Notes: generated by a model not told the origin, from the sequence alone. A stretch of DNA of 64,000 nt from Basidiobolus meristosporus CBS 931.73 (GCA_002104905.1 MCFE01000005.1:215784-279783); one strand, 5' to 3'. Shown: positions 13,300 through 28,155, counted from the first letter of the stretch. Program-made: numbers and translations.

Positions 13300-14754
13300 A
13301 TGAGTTCTTTTAAGAAGCGCACTTCTGTAAACCAACCAAAACTCCCACCAGGGTCTAGACTAAGTGCGCACAACGGGCAGCTTCTAACCTCTACGGGGGT
13401 TCCCTCGTTCGACGATGTTCTTGGCGGAGGTCTACCCATCGGGTCGGTCCTAATGATCAAGGAAGACAAGCACACTGATTATGCGCAAGTACTTCTCAAG
13501 TATTTTTTGGCCCAGGGAATCGCCTCGAAACGCGCCATTCTCCTCGCTTCGGCAGACGAAGACCCGAAGAAATTCGTGGATTCCTTGCCTGATTTCGGCG
13601 GGGACAAAACCGAAGAGAAAGAGCCAAAAGAGAAAGAGGCCTCGGAAGGACAAGACGAGAAAATGACCATCGCTTGGAGATACCAGAGCTTGCCGAAATT
13701 GAACGTCTCCGCGGCTGGCCTGTCAAGCTTTAAAAAATCAGGTACTGCTCTTGCAACCATCTAGGTGTCCAGACCGTGACTCAAAAAGGGCATGTCTTTT
13801 ACCTATTTAGCGATGCCTTCTGTCGGAGAGGCTGCTTCTGTTTATTGTCACTCGTTCGATCTGACTAAACGCATGTCAGAGTTGAGCATCGAGTCCGCCT
13901 CGAAGCATCTGATCAATATGGATGATTGGGAAGAGGAGGATGATTGCACCAAGTTGATCGAAGAGATTCGCGCCCAAATCGAACGTGAATTTAGGTTAGA
14001 GATGTGCCACTGACCACTGCACCGGCTGACAGGACTAATGCCTTTAAATCAAAGCCCATCCTCTACCTCCCCGTCTGGGACCAGAAACATCTTGAGAATT
14101 GGGGTTCATTCGTTTGCATCCATGTTTTGGAAGCGTAGAAACGAGCAGGTTTGGGTGAGCTTGGTATATCCTCTGTCGGCTCAGGACTGACCGCACAATC
14201 TAGGACATGTTCCGATTTTTGCACGCGCTACGCGGACTCCTTCGATTCTCGTTTGGTGTATGCGTTTTGACTGTACCGGCCCATCTGTACGGCGCTGAAT
14301 CCGGGTTCATTCGCAAGCTCGAGCATATGTGCGACGCTGTTGTCGAGATTGAGTCATTTGCCGGTGGGTTGTTGCACCATATCGACCTGTCAATTGTTGA
14401 CTAATCCCAATCCATCCCTTAGGATCAGAGAAGCTAGCCGACTTTTCGTCTGACTACCACGGCTTCTTCCATGTCCGCAAACTTCCGGTTCTCAACACGA
14501 TTGTCTCCTCGTCGGTTAAACTCTCCGTTCTCCAGTCGTCGCACTCAACTACCAACAACCTCGCCTTCAAGCTTCGTCGCAAGCGGTTTACCATCGAGAC
14601 CTTCCATCTCCCAATTGAAGGGGGAGTTGGTGAGCGTCGAACTAGCTCCAAGCCAGACGAAGATCAGAAGAAGAAGGAGCCTTCGACGTTCAAGAAAGGG
14701 CCAAAGGTCGGCTGTGGATCCATGGCAGGAAAGAAGGACCCTCTTGAGTTTTGA
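13300..14754 (+). CDS. ELP4: Elongator complex subunit 4 (PAXNEB family), multi-exon
   Basis: MSSFKKR...STGVPSFDDVLGGGLPIGS, MTIAWRYQ, YCHSFDLTKR, DYHGFFHVRKLP and NNLAFKLRRKRFTIETFHLP; C-terminus ...GCGSMAGKKDPLEF*. Confidence 0.93.
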
Positions 14755-15018
14755 ATGGATCTGTCCATTATATATGTATATGTTTTAAGATGGTTAATAA
14801 ATCGCAGCATGTTTAGACCTTTCGCAAATTTTCCCTCTTTATCAGCCGCATCAAATTCCCAGTCACGTATTTGCATGCGTGATCAATGTAGTGTGGATGG
14901 AGGTCGTGGTGGGTAAATAGTGACAAAAATTTTTAGCTCGAATTCCTACCCAAAATCCTAGAGCCCAAATAACTTGCTCCGAAATATTTTGCTCTTCCTC
15001 CAGCGAGGAAACCCCACC

Positions 15019-17219
15019 ATGTCTCTCCTAATATTTCAACTTCGGCGTCATGCATTCCTACAGCTGAACCGCTATCCGATATACCAAACCTCCATGTTGA
15101 GCAAACGCCTGCCTCGGAGTCTGGTTTGTGGTTTCCCCCTTTGCCCCTCGCCCCACCCTCATACTAATTCTGTTGTCTCTTCGAAAAGTGCGCTACGCGG
15201 CTAATTCCCGCTGTTGCCCCCGCAAATAATTTCAATACGCTTCAGACGCCAATTGCCAAATCTCACGAGCTCAACGCTCTGGAGGAGGCTCTACTCGACA
15301 AAAATGCGGATAAATCATGGCACCTGTTCCAGGTCATTTTGGAGAAAGAATTGGGGCCCTCACTCACCCCCCACCATTTCGCTACATTGCTTCAAGTAGT
15401 GGCAGTTAGCGAGAGCGATAAGCAGTTAAGTCAGAGTCGCGGCGCGAAAATTCTAAAGGCTCTCCAACAAACCGGACAACAATTCAACGAGGCAGAGGAC
15501 TACAGTGTATTATTCTCGTACTATAGCAAGAACAAGCTATACGAGCAGGTCAAAAGTGCTTTCCATCGACTCGCCACGGAATCGGAGGGGGCCTATGATA
15601 TCGGGGTGTATAATGCCGCCATCGAGGCATTTGGTAGAGATGATCCCCAACGCTCATTCGACCTGTACAAGGGGATAGTTGAAAAGAGCATAGAGCCTAA
15701 TTTCGAGACATACAAGATCCTTCTGAAGGTGTGCGGCCGTCATAACCTTATGAAGCTGTATTCGAAAATCCACGACGAGATGTTACAAAAAGGATTTATA
15801 CCCGACGAAGCAATCTACAACACCCTCATCACAAATTTCGCCGCCAACCATGACATCCATGACGCCTTGAGGGTTTACGATGGCATGTTGGCGCAGCGAA
15901 AAATCTTCTCGAAGCATCGGATGCCGCCCACCATGGACTACAATATCCTCATCAATGCACACGTCAAAAACGCCGATATGCCGAACGCAATGGATATTTT
16001 TAGAGAAATGTTGTCCCACAACATCAAGCCTAGCACTGTCACCTATAGCATCCTGATCAAGGGATATGTCCAGAGCTCGAATCTCGACGCGGCTACGAAG
16101 CTCTTCAACGACATGCTTGCCCAGGGCATTCCACCGGTCACCGTGATATACAACACCCTTATTCGAGGCTATGTCAAAAGCTCGCACATAGACAAAGCCC
16201 TGGAGCTCTACGAAAGCATGCGTGCCCGTAACGTACTCACAAACGTAGTCACATATACCGACTTAATATATGGTCTGGCTAAGACTCACAACATGGAGGT
16301 TGCCACCAACTTGTACGCGGAAATGATCCAGCTCGGTGTCACCCCTGATGAGTGGGTGTATGCCAATCTCATCGATGGCTACGCCAACATCTTCGACGAC
16401 AAACGAGCACTTGCTTTGTATGAGGATATGAAGTCTCAAGGGATTCAACTGAACACAGTGGTCTTTAACAACCTGATAAAGGCCTGTGTGAAGCGAAACA
16501 ATGTCACCGAGGGATTTCGTCTGTATAAAGATATGAGAGACCTGTCCCTTCCACCAGACGCGGTGACTTATTCCCTTTTAATCGACGGCCTAGTCAGACG
16601 CTCACAAATAGCCCGTGCTGTGCGATTACTGAAGGACATGAAGGCGTATGGGATCAAGCCAAACAGTGTGCCCTACAACATCTTAATGAATGGCTACCTG
16701 CGCAAGGGGAAAGCCCAACCCATGTTCAAGCTGTATGACGAAATGATCCACGACGGAGTGACCCCCGACGCATACACCTTGACCGCACTCTTGAAAGGCT
16801 GTAGCATAGAGCAGGATTCCAAACGCATGGTGTCATTGTGGAACGAGTTCAAGGAAAACATCCCGTACAAGGAAGATCTTAGCTATGGAGCCACCGTTAT
16901 CTTAGAGTCATTTGCAACATTCAACCAGGATCTCGATGAGCTACGGGCTATCTGGAGATCCTTCAAAGTGGACAAAATCCCGTTGGCGGAGATCCAAGTG
17001 GATAAGTACATCAAAGCACTGCTCCATCACAAAGCGTATCGGGAGGCAGCGGAGATCTACATGCGCGAGATAATCGACTTGGACATAACGCCCACGTCGA
17101 GAAAGGGCCCCGTTCTAGAGTTGGCCAAGCAGCTGCACCGAGCCAAGGACACAGAGACTCTCCAGAAATTCAAAGCCTTCATGAAACATCGCCACCCATC
17201 ACTCAATCTTCAGGTCTAA
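15019..17219 (+). CDS. Pentatricopeptide-repeat (PPR) protein, probably mitochondrial RNA-binding
   Basis: Many 35-aa P-type repeats (e.g. PSTVTYSILIKGYVQSSNLDAATKLFNDMLAQGIP). An Arg-rich, presequence-like first exon from ATG 15019 links through a probable intron near 15124-15187. Confidence 0.9.
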
Positions 17220-18328
17220 ATTGGCTGTACACTTTCATCCTGTCTGCTTGTTATCACGAATACCATCTGTTGCACCTTCCCTTTAATACAATTCATTTAC
17301 TTGTATATTTAGTAGCATGGAATGTATGGATTGAAGCCATGTGTTCCGAAATCCCTATCAGATTTGAAACATTGATATAAAGCGACATTCTCGAGCTGCC
17401 CGTTCACAAGAAAGATTGATTTCAGGTTGTTGACCAACGGCCGGATTACATAATGAGAAGATGCTGAGCTTGATTAGGAATGTGACGAGATCATGATCAC
17501 GCACCACGCCATTTGTAGCCAAATTATTCCAGTTTCCGCACCCAAGGCAATATTGCTTGTATAACAAGCGGGCAGCTCTGTTCAAGCACCCCTACCACAA
17601 CACATGGAATCAGCAGATGAGGATAGATGTCGTGAAACGGCTCCACAACGAGGCGGACACTGCCACAATCAGTCAGCTCAATACAACGCCAAGGCAGTTC
17701 CCATTTGCTCAATCATTGCTACTGGCTCTGCGCTACAGCGATGCAGAAGGAAATCATTGAATCAGACGATCGAATGTGTTTATGTATGCAATAATGAGGG
17801 GGGACTTTTTTGATATGTACAAGACCCCGCGCGCAACGCCATTTTGGGGGGGGAGGAAGAGAAAATACAACTTTTTTTTGCATGAGTTCCATGGGCTAGC
17901 AAAATCCATGGAATCAACATCTATAGAACATGAAATGTAACAACGGGCAAAGGCAAAGAATGTGATAAATACGAAGTATCGAAATTCGCTCGAGCATGGG
18001 GTCGAGTGGAACCGGGTGCTATACATCGGCTTTTCAAGATGGTGCTAGAAGTGCGGTCCGATGGTCTTCGTGAATCGCTTCGTCGGACGTCTCGGTCGCC
18101 GGGTGGAACGTAAGTGGCAGGGAGCAAAGGTCGATACGCGCGGGCTTGATCCATAGTTTAGGTTTTTTCGTGGATGATTTTTACATTCTTATCGAAAGAG
18201 TATATAAATATGTAATGTTCTGGCAATATATGTATAAGTGTTCGTAGATTGCTGGCAGTCGATTAGTTGGGGGATATTTCCTGTAGAACGAAGTGCTGGT
18301 TGTTGTACGCTCTCTCGTAGTTTCCCAA

Positions 18329-19654
18329 TCAATTGGATCGAAGTCTATTCAGTAGACTTCCTCTATGCAGTTCGGTTCTTCTTGCAGGAATGGCGTGTAT
18401 TCTTCTGTTGGTTAACAACGAGGTATGTCTATAAGAATGGGTTTCACGAGGCCAGCTCGCTCCTTTAGGCTTGTTGCGACGTTGGGAGAAATTGTTGCAG
18501 AAGCGGCTCATAAGGATCTTGCATTCTTCCAAATATTCATTATCGTTCATTTCGATGTAATTCTGAGGAGTACAGAAATCCCTGAACTCCTCGTAAAATT
18601 TCCGATAGCCTCCATCCACAATGTAAAGCTCTGGGAAATAAAGATTAGGGTAGTTTTCTATGTTTAGCTCACGATCCTTATTACGTAGGTAGAGGGCCCT
18701 GGAAATGGAATGGTCAGGACTAGATGCAGGGTGGATAGAAGGCAGGCAAACATACATGCGAGGGCCTCGTTGAGCGGAGTATTCGCAATGGAATATTACA
18801 ATTGTACGGGTACTAGTGGGGATGTTTACAAAAAAGTGCTTCTCCAAATCCTCCTTGGTGTTCAAGTTTAGAGCCCCTTCAATATGACCACCTTCGTACT
18901 CATAAGGAAATCGGCAATCGACAACTTCCAGCTTGTCATATGCATCTCTGAACTTTCCGGAAAGAACCTCGGAAAGCTGCGGGAGGATGGTTAGCTTCCG
19001 ATGGGGAGAAAGAGGCCACTAGACATACATACAGTTTGTGGGGTAATTCGTTTAAGGGTATCGTCTTTACTGTTGAAGTAAGGGAGAGAATTAAGCTGCC
19101 CACGGGTGTCCAGCACTGCATGTTTATAGGTGTCTTGAAACAGGAACTCTTGGTTGGAGAGACTAAGCAGACTCGACGTTTTTCGAAGTTTCGCCGGCGG
19201 GGGTTTAGGCATGTCAGTGCTATAGTGCATTGAAACATTTAGGTCGATCGACGATCGGCGGGTTTGAGCTGCAAACAAGAGTTAGCCTTGGGCTCGTCAT
19301 GAAAACACAGAATACCAAGTACCAGGCATAGTTAGGATTTGGAAGTAATAGCAAAGGGCGAGTATGGAGGGAAACTGAATGAGAGCGTCCAACGAATGCC
19401 GACGCTTCCAAGTATAATTTATAGGTCTGGCAGACTAGGGTGAGCCCAGGTTTGATGCCGCCCCATTGTATCTTATTGCTGGGTCTCATTGTTATTATCA
19501 TAGCTTGGATCAACATGCGGAGGATCTGAGATGTGGAGTAAGGATTTGTGATCAGGGATTGAAGACAAGCTTGGAGTATGATCCTAGGTATGCAACTCGA
19601 TTGGTAAGTGTAATCAAAGAACTGGATGCTGGTGACATCCTCTATTGATCTCAT
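18329..19654 (-). CDS. CDC25: M-phase inducer phosphatase (Cdc25/Mih1), multi-exon; 5' end uncertain
   Basis: Spliced core KRITPQT-LSEVL...VVDCRFPYEYEGGHIEGA...IFHCEYSAQRGPRM-ALYLRNKDRELN...YPNLYFPELYIVDGGY contains the HCEYSxxR active site. Confidence 0.88.
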
Positions 19655-21038
19655 TCCTGCCTCTTTTACTTAGTTCAGGTGGCGTAACAGATATTGATTA
19701 ATGCAACATTCTTCCCGCATAAATTAATGATTTTGGGCAGTATCGAGGTCATTCGGTATCTCGAGCTAACTTACACTCACACGTACACTCACACGTATAG
19801 CTTAGCATTTACTTACAACCATAAATCCAACAACTTGGTAACCAGGCTGATGTCATGAAGGCGATGATTTGTCCAATCAATGTTGTGATGTGGGTCTGAT
19901 TATCACAACACGCACAGTTGCCAAGCAACCGTTGGCAAATGTCACTTGTAAATTGTGTACTGTAAGCGGGGGAACAAGGCGTAATCCCCCAATAGAATAT
20001 CCCCATTCCTCAGTGACAATACCTGACCTTGCATCATGTATAGGCAATACTATCTCTGCGCCACTAGGGTGCCTCCATTACAGTTGTGTATTGCGTTGGG
20101 TATTTCGCCACTTCGCTGGACGATGTGGGAGCCAATAAATTTTACAATTGTATGCTCTGTTTTCATATAACCATGGGCTGAATGCCCTCTTGTACATTAA
20201 CTTCGTGCTCCAAGAATGTTCTTTTTGTGTAAGTTTCGTGCTTTAGGAATGCACTCTTTTACATAAGCTTCGTACTCCAAATCTGAGCCGTTTGCCTCGT
20301 CGGAGCTTTTGTAAGAACCGTCTTTGCTTCAGAATATAGTCCGGCAAGGACTCGTACGTAGACGATGTCTACGTCAACGTCAAAAAAAAGAAAATTTGAT
20401 GGTCAAGCACCAAGCTGGGTTGTACCAAAGGATATTGTTGAATCAAGATAATTAGTATGACTCATTGAATGGGAAGATTATCAGAATGCACTCATTTCCA
20501 ACATGTTCAAGGTACTGGGTCTGCTATTCGGCTAGGAAATCTAGGCCCTTCATGGAGGTTGAGCTCCCCTAATCGAAACAACGTCACCCAGTGATCATTG
20601 CCATGCTCAGCTCAAGATCACTGGGCCTTGTGGTTGTGTCATTGATCCTACGCTTATTTCAAAGCCAACTAAGCTATCGCCGATTAGAAGCCATTTGACA
20701 ATTGTTCACACCGTCTTCTCAGCTGTACCATACTCATGTGATAAACGGCCTAGGCCGTACGCGTGGAGGGAATGCCTGCATACCCCGGAACGCACAACAT
20801 CATCGCATGGCATGGTGGTCGTGTATGACAGTTTCATTCACACTCGAGAAAATACCGCCGGTAAATAACAAACTCTGCGAGATTAATGAACCAACAGCAT
20901 TCAGAGGGCGGCAAATCGATCTCTCAGACTCCCACACTTTACTGGAAAAATAAAGTTCACAGATTGCAGAGATCCAATTTATTATTGCTCCGAGTTTTGT
21001 ACAAAATGAAAGAAGCCGTCAAACGAGATAGTAGGGAA

Positions 21039-22031
21039 TTAAACGTGCTTGAACTTGTAGTAATCCTCATCGAAATGGTGCACACGCACGTAACCATCTT
21101 CTCCGCCACTGGAGAAGCTCTTACCATCCGGGTGAATGGCGATGGTGTTGATGGGACCGAAATGTCCCTTGACACGGCCAACTTCCTCTTCGAAGATCTT
21201 GTGATAGAACCGGCACTCGAATTTACCAGCACGTTGGGAGGTGGTTGTTACATTCATGGCTTCTTGACCACCACCAAGGACGACGAATTCTTGGAACTTG
21301 GGAGTGAGTGAGGCCGAGTTGAGTGGGGTATCGGTGGTGTATGACTTCAAATGGTTCAAGGTGTTGGCGTCAAAGATCTTGGCCGACTTGTCCTTTGAGC
21401 TGGTGATGAAGTAGGTGCGATCAACTGAGAATTGAAGATCGGTGATGGGTTCATCGTGGGGATGAACGCTCTTGAGTTTTTCACCGGTCTTGGGGTCCCA
21501 CATGGAGATGCTGCCGTTCTCGTGGCCGGAAATGATATACTTGTTCAAGTAACCCCAGCCGGCGACAGTAGCCTTGGAGCCTTCAGGGATGATGACGTTG
21601 ATAGGTTCGAGGGTGTACTTATCGCCATCCTTGACGATATCGAGGACAGTAACGGTACCGGGATGACCCATTCTCTCCTCAGTGACGATCAGGGCAAGGG
21701 CATCATCTTCGGAGAATTGGACACGCTTCACAGCAGTCTTGGTTTCCAAGGTATAAAGGAGTTTACCGGTTTGAACTTCCCACAAACGAGCAGTGTTATC
21801 GGCAGAACCAGTCAACAAAAGAGTGGTGGTAGAGTCAACGTCGACAGTCCAGATAGCACCGACGTGTCCGTTGTAAGTGCCTAAACGTTCGCCATTATGG
21901 GAAAACCAAGCGTTTACAACATTATCCTTGGATACACTGAACAAAAGATCGCCTTCACGATTGTATTTTATTTGAGTGAGGGAACGAGTGTGTCCTTGCA
22001 AAAGAATAGGTCTCATCTTGTCCGAATCCAA
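21039..22031 (-). CDS. TIF34: Eukaryotic translation initiation factor 3 subunit I (WD40)
   Basis: [27 protein letters not shown]...[15 protein letters not shown]...GHFGPINT...[14 protein letters not shown]. Confidence 0.97.
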   Translation of the reverse strand: MDSDKMRPILLQGHTRSLTQIKYNREGDLLFSVSKDNVVNAWFSHNGERLGTYNGHVGAIWTVDVDSTTTLLLTGSADNTARLWEVQTGKLLYTLETKTAVKRVQFSEDDALALIVTEERMGHPGTVTVLDIVKDGDKYTLEPINVIIPEGSKATVAGWGYLNKYIISGHENGSISMWDPKTGEKLKSVHPHDEPITDLQFSVDRTYFITSSKDKSAKIFDANTLNHLKSYTTDTPLNSASLTPKFQEFVVLGGGQEAMNVTTTSQRAGKFECRFYHKIFEEEVGRVKGHFGPINTIAIHPDGKSFSSGGEDGYVRVHHFDEDYYKFKHV

Positions 22032-22659
22032 AGCAGTTGAGGTGGCAACAACGGAAGAGTCAAAATCCCCTTTAGAAATTTTTTCCTTACTATTGGAAAA
22101 TCATCATACTGGGGGGTTGTGTTTTTTTCTTTTTTTTTCCCAACTTTTTTTCCCTCATTTTCGAGTCTCCAAGTGGTTAGAAAATATCATGATCGCTCGG
22201 AGATTACGTATATTTGCGTAAATTAGATGATTAACCCTGACTGATCGAGTAGTTTATGGTCAAAATACACACAAGTTGGCAACTTCCGCCATCGTAAGAT
22301 CAACCATTGGTACACTCAGTTGTCATCAGATTGCGGTCAAGTGCAATCACTAGCCAACATGGAGGACGCATCGAATATTGTCAATCAATCAATCCCCACG
22401 AGTAATGAACCAAGTATTACTTTAGATATTAATAGGATAGAGGGACGATGTGAGCAATGTTAACTATACTGCCAAATGACTGAATGGATGATGTTGTAAA
22501 CCCCAAGATAGAGCTTAAGGCTCAGCTTGAGAATTGTAATGGTTAAGTGATGGTGGTGGCGGCGGTGGGGTTTCTACAAATTCAGGAGCCTCACATCGAA
22601 TACAATTTCTACAATGGATAGTAGAGTGAGAATTGTTAATGTACATGATATCAAGATTT

Positions 22660-25600
22660 TCAGCTTTGCATCAAGTTGGCGTATGAGCTTTTCGGTCGCG
22701 AGAGTGCATCCGGGTTAGGTGTGATGCTGGAGGATCTAGATCTACGCTGGTTCGAGGACTTGAATTCGTTGGCGGCGTTAAGCTGCTGCTGCTTGCGACG
22801 AAGATCCAGCTGGTTTACTACGAAGTGTTTGGCTTCTTTGTCGGAGTGGGTTTGAAGAATCCGTAGGATGTAATCGCATCGCTCGGTAAACAGCCGTTTC
22901 TCGGATTTCCGTTCTTTGATGGTTCCGAAATGCCGTTGGATTTGTCTGTCGTCCTTCTCTCGATGTCCCGGCTTCTGTGCACTCTTCTTCATCGAGATGT
23001 TGTACTCGTTCATTAGATCCTTGGTGCTCAACGAGAATAGCTCACGGGCCTCACACAATTCCTTGTACTTCCTGGTGGTAAGCCGCTCCATGGGAATCCC
23101 ATCCCCATCTTCACCCCCGTTGAAATAAATCTTGATGAACTCAATGCACCTGTATATCATATCGATTTCGTAGGGCTCCAAAGGCTCATATTCTACGTCA
23201 AAAAGCGGTATCAACAACCGCTCAAAGGCCAGCAAAACCTCCTTCCAGATCTTTTCGATCATGTTCTCAGCCAAGACGTCGTATATGTTTTCATTGATCA
23301 TCCCAAGGTTGTTGTCCAGATAGTCAAACAGCGGGTATAGCATCCTGTCGCACTCTTCGTCAGTAATGCTTCGACTGGCGGTTTTGTTGGACGATTTCAT
23401 AAACGAGAAATAGTTGTTACGCTTGAAGGGCATAATTAACCGGTTCCTTGATAAAAGTCCCTTGGTTTGAGATGAAAGTCGATTAATTACTGTTCGAATC
23501 ATGTCGACATGGGTCGATTTCAGTGTGCGGAACGTTTTGCCGAAGTAGAATTGCGCATCATTCTTCTCTCCTTCAATGTGGACTCGTAACAGGATCCTCC
23601 CTTGTGGCTCCAAATCCAACCACACGTCGTGCGTGAAGTAGTCACAGAAGATAGCAGGGTCCAGGTTGAAGTAGGCGGTTCCGCAGCAGTCGTCATCCTT
23701 CATCATGTCCTTATCAAACACGACGACCTCCACGCTGCCGACACCCGAGAACGAGATTTGAAAGGTTTCCTCCCAGCGGGGGTTCAAATTCTCATATATG
23801 ATGCGAGTGCGGCCTATCTCTCGACCATTGCTTTTGAGGACTACATACGGATCGCTGAGCCCATTGCGATCGCATGGCTGCAGATCCTGGCCAAGGACAA
23901 CCTCGACAAAATATCGATGGACGTATGGCATGGGGCTTTCTGGGGTATCAAGCTCGGACCTTGGGCTCTGACCTTCCAAAGTCAGGGATACCTTGTCGAT
24001 ATCCAGGGAGTGGTATAGGTCATTAAGACGGTCCTGAGCGATCTCAATGTTGTTCAGCTTTACACAGGCTTGCAAACTAATGTCCGTTGGGGCCAGGTTT
24101 TCATCGAAAGAACCGATGTGGGGTTTCTTTCCAAGATTCATCCAACTCGAGGACCCTGTAGGGTGTAGCTCTGGCGGAATGGCCTTCAGATCGTGTATGA
24201 ATGTATCTAACGTGATTTGACAGTACTGCTCGACAATCTGGCTGATCACCTTCGAGAGCTTCAGCACAAATTGGGCCTTCAACAACTCATCGGGCCATAT
24301 CAGCTCTGAGCTGGGTCGGATCTGCTGCTGGAAGAATGAGAATAGATCCACCACAGAGGTCGAGTGGCGTAGTCGATCGGAAATCATGGTGAACTGGTCC
24401 ACGGCAATCGCACGCTCAACCCAGTCGTTAGCTTTGGAGCCAAGAGTGTTCAACCACCTTTCCACCTGGGCTTTGAACCACTTCCCTAAGTCAATCTGGA
24501 AATCAATTCTAAACCGATCAAGATTCTGGTTAGTGCTTGTAAGTTCGCTACCAAAAGGTTCATCTCTTACTCGGGGCAATGCTCTTGGGCGATATGATGC
24601 AACTTCAACACGTGATTGTAGAGTTTGAATGTATCCTCAATAGGGATGTTTTCGCTCTTCTTGTCGTTCACCATATTCTGAACTTCGGGGATGAAGAAGT
24701 TCTTCAATGGGAAATGCAGGACGATACTGATGATATCAATCTTTTGGCTGAACACTGGCTTGGGGAAGCATTTCTGATACTTCGCAATGTCTCGAAGGAT
24801 GAGTTCGTTGAGCTCCAGCAAGGTCAACGCTTCCGCTGCATCCGGCTCGGGGGAGACCAGTTCTCTCAGCTCGTAAAATCGCTTGATGGTTGAGTTGAGA
24901 ACGATATCTCGGAACGTCTCATAGAATTGCTCTTGATTGGTGTGTTTCTCTTGATATAACGGGTATTGATGGATCTCTGATAGCATGGAGATCACAATAC
25001 GAAACGTTTGAGGGGAGGTGGTGCCAAACATTCGGAACGAATGCTCGAATTGCTGCAAGAGCAAGGGAACCATGGCCTCGAAGATGCATAGAAGGTAGTT
25101 GGACTAGAATATACTTAGTTTCAACCCTCGGATATGGTGGAGAATGGAGTAGCCACTTACATCAGGAATATTCCAATCAATTTCATCGCATTCTTCCGTG
25201 GTTTTCTTAAGCATGAGAACTGCAGAGTCCAGGTAGCTAAGAGGAACAGCGCCGCTCTCGAACTGGTCGTTGATAACGTTCAGGTAGGCAACCTTTCTAA
25301 AGAGCTTCGTCAGCCTCCACCGATACCCACACTCGGCCAGAATCTCGTTCGAGAGCTTGGAGAGAGACAAGGTCTCCGTGGATTTTTTAACGTGTCCGAG
25401 GATATCCTTCTGAACACAGCGCCTGAGCAGATTGAGGTAGCAACCCTTCGGATCTTGAGGCATGTAGGTAAATCCAGGCTTGGTGTACTTGATGAAGGGG
25501 CGTGGAAGCTTATATTACTACCGAGAAGTATGGCTGGCAAATGGAAGCAATGCCTCAGTTACCTCAATGGCTGCGCTTTGATCTGCCCTTCCGGTGCGAG

Positions 25601-26462
25601 CTAAAGACATCATGAACTGTTGTATGGTGGTTCGTTCTCTAGATTTCCATGTTTCAAACAACTCGGGGGTTTTGAAATCTTTAATGGTCAACACCCCGCC
25701 TGTTCCTTTCTCGAGATTGCTTAAGCATTCTTTCAGTTCCCAGAATGCCGACTAAAATTGAAAATTAGGTAAGCGAAAAATATATAGCTGCACGGGGAGT
25801 GTCGAAATCCAAACGGGTACCTGTCCATTACACATGTTGGAGAACGACTCAACTACTCGCTGATGTTCCCGGGAGGACACCTCATACAACTCACCGACCC
25901 AATCAGCCAGTTTACCTTCAGATGCGCTCGATTGCTTGGCAGCGGCAGGCTGAATGATGAGCTGGTAGTTTTCAAGGCGCTTAAGAATATCAGCGGTGGC
26001 GAGTTGCGGGAAAGTGACCAGAACATCTCTCAGGATGGAAACGAAAATCCTGACGTACTCCAACAATCTCTCTTTAGTGCTCTGAGAGGATTCAATCCCT
26101 TGTTGTCTGAATTGAGTGGATACGGTTTTTGAATAGAAAATCACCAGATCCTCCATTTTGCCATTCTCCTTTAGGGTTGAATAATAGGAACGGTCATGAA
26201 GACTACTAGCCATAAGCGTGATACATTTCCGAGAAAGATTGTCGCCGTAGGTGGTGTTTGTAGAGGGTAGCCTAGATATGGAGCCTAGGCGTTCTCGAAG
26301 GGCTTTTATGAACTGTTTGGGCAAGCCACCATGATGAGAGGTGATGTGAAAGCTACGTTTCTTATATTCGCGAGTGACTTTCTCCTCAGCCAGGTTCTGT
26401 GTCAGCAAAGCGCAACGAAGTACATATGGGTACACTTGCTTTGAATGTAACTCCTTTATCAT
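22660..26462 (-). CDS. Large C2-domain / Munc13-homology-domain protein, multi-exon; start uncertain
   Basis: C2 domain (DLQPCDRNGLSDPYV...NLNPRWEETF...VFDKD) flanked by long helical MHD-like regions (KAVDWVERAI-like WVERAIAVD; LYPLFDYLDNNL). ORFs 25752-26462, 25104-25463, 24567-25073 and 22660-24579 are collinear. Confidence 0.7.
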
Positions 26463-26929
26463 GGGGAAGGAAAAAACACGGCGAACACTATGTGTTTAAC
26501 GGAGTACTTGATAACTTCCACCTGGATAAGGAAAATGTAAACCTGCGTTAGAAACCACACGAGAATTAAGCTAGAGTAAAGTGGCGTTGCCTTTGAATCA
26601 GTAAATAGTTGAAATAGCTGGGAGGTGTTACTAAAGTGAACTTGACACCGCTTGAACTAGAGAACTAGCCACACGACACTTTAATAATAAAGGCTGAAGG
26701 GGCTGAATTGGAATTGCCATGGCGAATTACTAATTAATTGTTTTCTGAACACATAGCATGAATCTAAATAATAAGCCTAAAGTATCCTGGAAATCTTTAT
26801 TCCTTAAAATCAGCGTAGTGAATGTTTCGTGAAACAAGAGTAACAAGTGTTTCAATTAGATGTTCACACATCAGATCCGTCGGCGCTCGTGAGGAGCTTC
26901 AAAACAAAGGAAATTGGTCTCTATACTAT

Positions 26930-28155
26930 CTACTGCTCCATTTGCTGTGTTTGCTCTAGTACTATCGATTGGGTTGGATGTGACAACCACGAGCCGATGA
27001 TTTCATCGATTTTTTCCAAGCCAACCCAGCCGCAGAGCGGTGTGTCACCAATTTCGTAATGAGCCTCCTTATTGAAAAACAGCAGACCATCAGGTTGGTA
27101 GCCAAGTTGATATGGATTCCCTGCCAAGGAAGTCAAGGATTCGGGTGCACAATCGAAGACCTGTAACGAGCGGAATTGGAACGCCGTTTGTGCCGAAGTT
27201 CGTGGGGGATCTAACTCGGCCAACTTGCTTTGAAGCCAAAAAAAGCTGGGCACGGGTGATGCTTAGATCGTATATAATTGATATGCCCAAAGTGAAGAAC
27301 CTACCGAAACTCTGTAGCACAGTCATAGAATGGCATACCCTTCCAGCACATCAGATCAAGCACATAAAAAGTTGAGGAGTTCTCATCGAATATACAATCG
27401 AGAATACAATAATCGGAAGATCGGTTCCCTCTATATCATCCATTAGTATGTTGCAAGCAGTCGATGGAATTTTACATATATACAGGACAGACATACCTGT
27501 AAGTGCCAGAACCTGCCGGAAGTGTAGACTGGAATTGTTTAAATATACGACCACTTTTAGCTCGACATATTGTCTTTCCTGTATCAAATGATCAACCTCT
27601 TGACCGGCAGCGGTATGCACTGGAAGAGACTTTTACCAACCATTTGCTGCAACGATCATACACCGTTTTCCTTTTGGACATAGAACCATATACCAACCAC
27701 CAAACAGATTGGGTGGCACTTGAATCATCCATTCAGCATACATAAGCTGATCACTATCATTGATAAAACTTAGAGGCCTCCCTTGGAAGCTAAAATAATC
27801 CAAAAACCTACGCATAAGGATTCTTTTTCTGACTTTTATCCCGAAAATGACCTTTAATTCGAAGCCGCTTTGCAGTATCTTGTCCTTCCGAATCATCTGT
27901 CTCGTCGTCTAATTTACGCTTCTCACCTTGTGCAAAAGGAGACTCGGCATCACTCTCACTCTCCTCCTGGTTATTTTCCGACAATGCTAGTTCCTGTGCA
28001 TACTCACTAAAATCTCTTTTTCTCTAAGAACAAAGTTAATTTGCCGGGGGCCAATTGGAATCCGTCTCAATGCGAAGAGTAGTATATGCAACCTTTTTTT
28101 GCTCGCTCAGCAATATCTCTCTTCTGACGTTCTGGTCCTCGACTGTTGGGTTCAT
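26930..28155 (-). CDS. SNUPN: Snurportin-1 (m3G-cap snRNP import adaptor), multi-exon; start tentative
   Basis: N-terminal [11 protein letters not shown], then [29 protein letters not shown] and [22 protein letters not shown]. Confidence 0.85.

Noticed and set aside
20355-20378. 8-bp perfect hairpin ACGTAGAC-GAT-GTCTACGT followed by an A-run
   Set aside because: It is isolated and short, with no associated gene or element that I can support.
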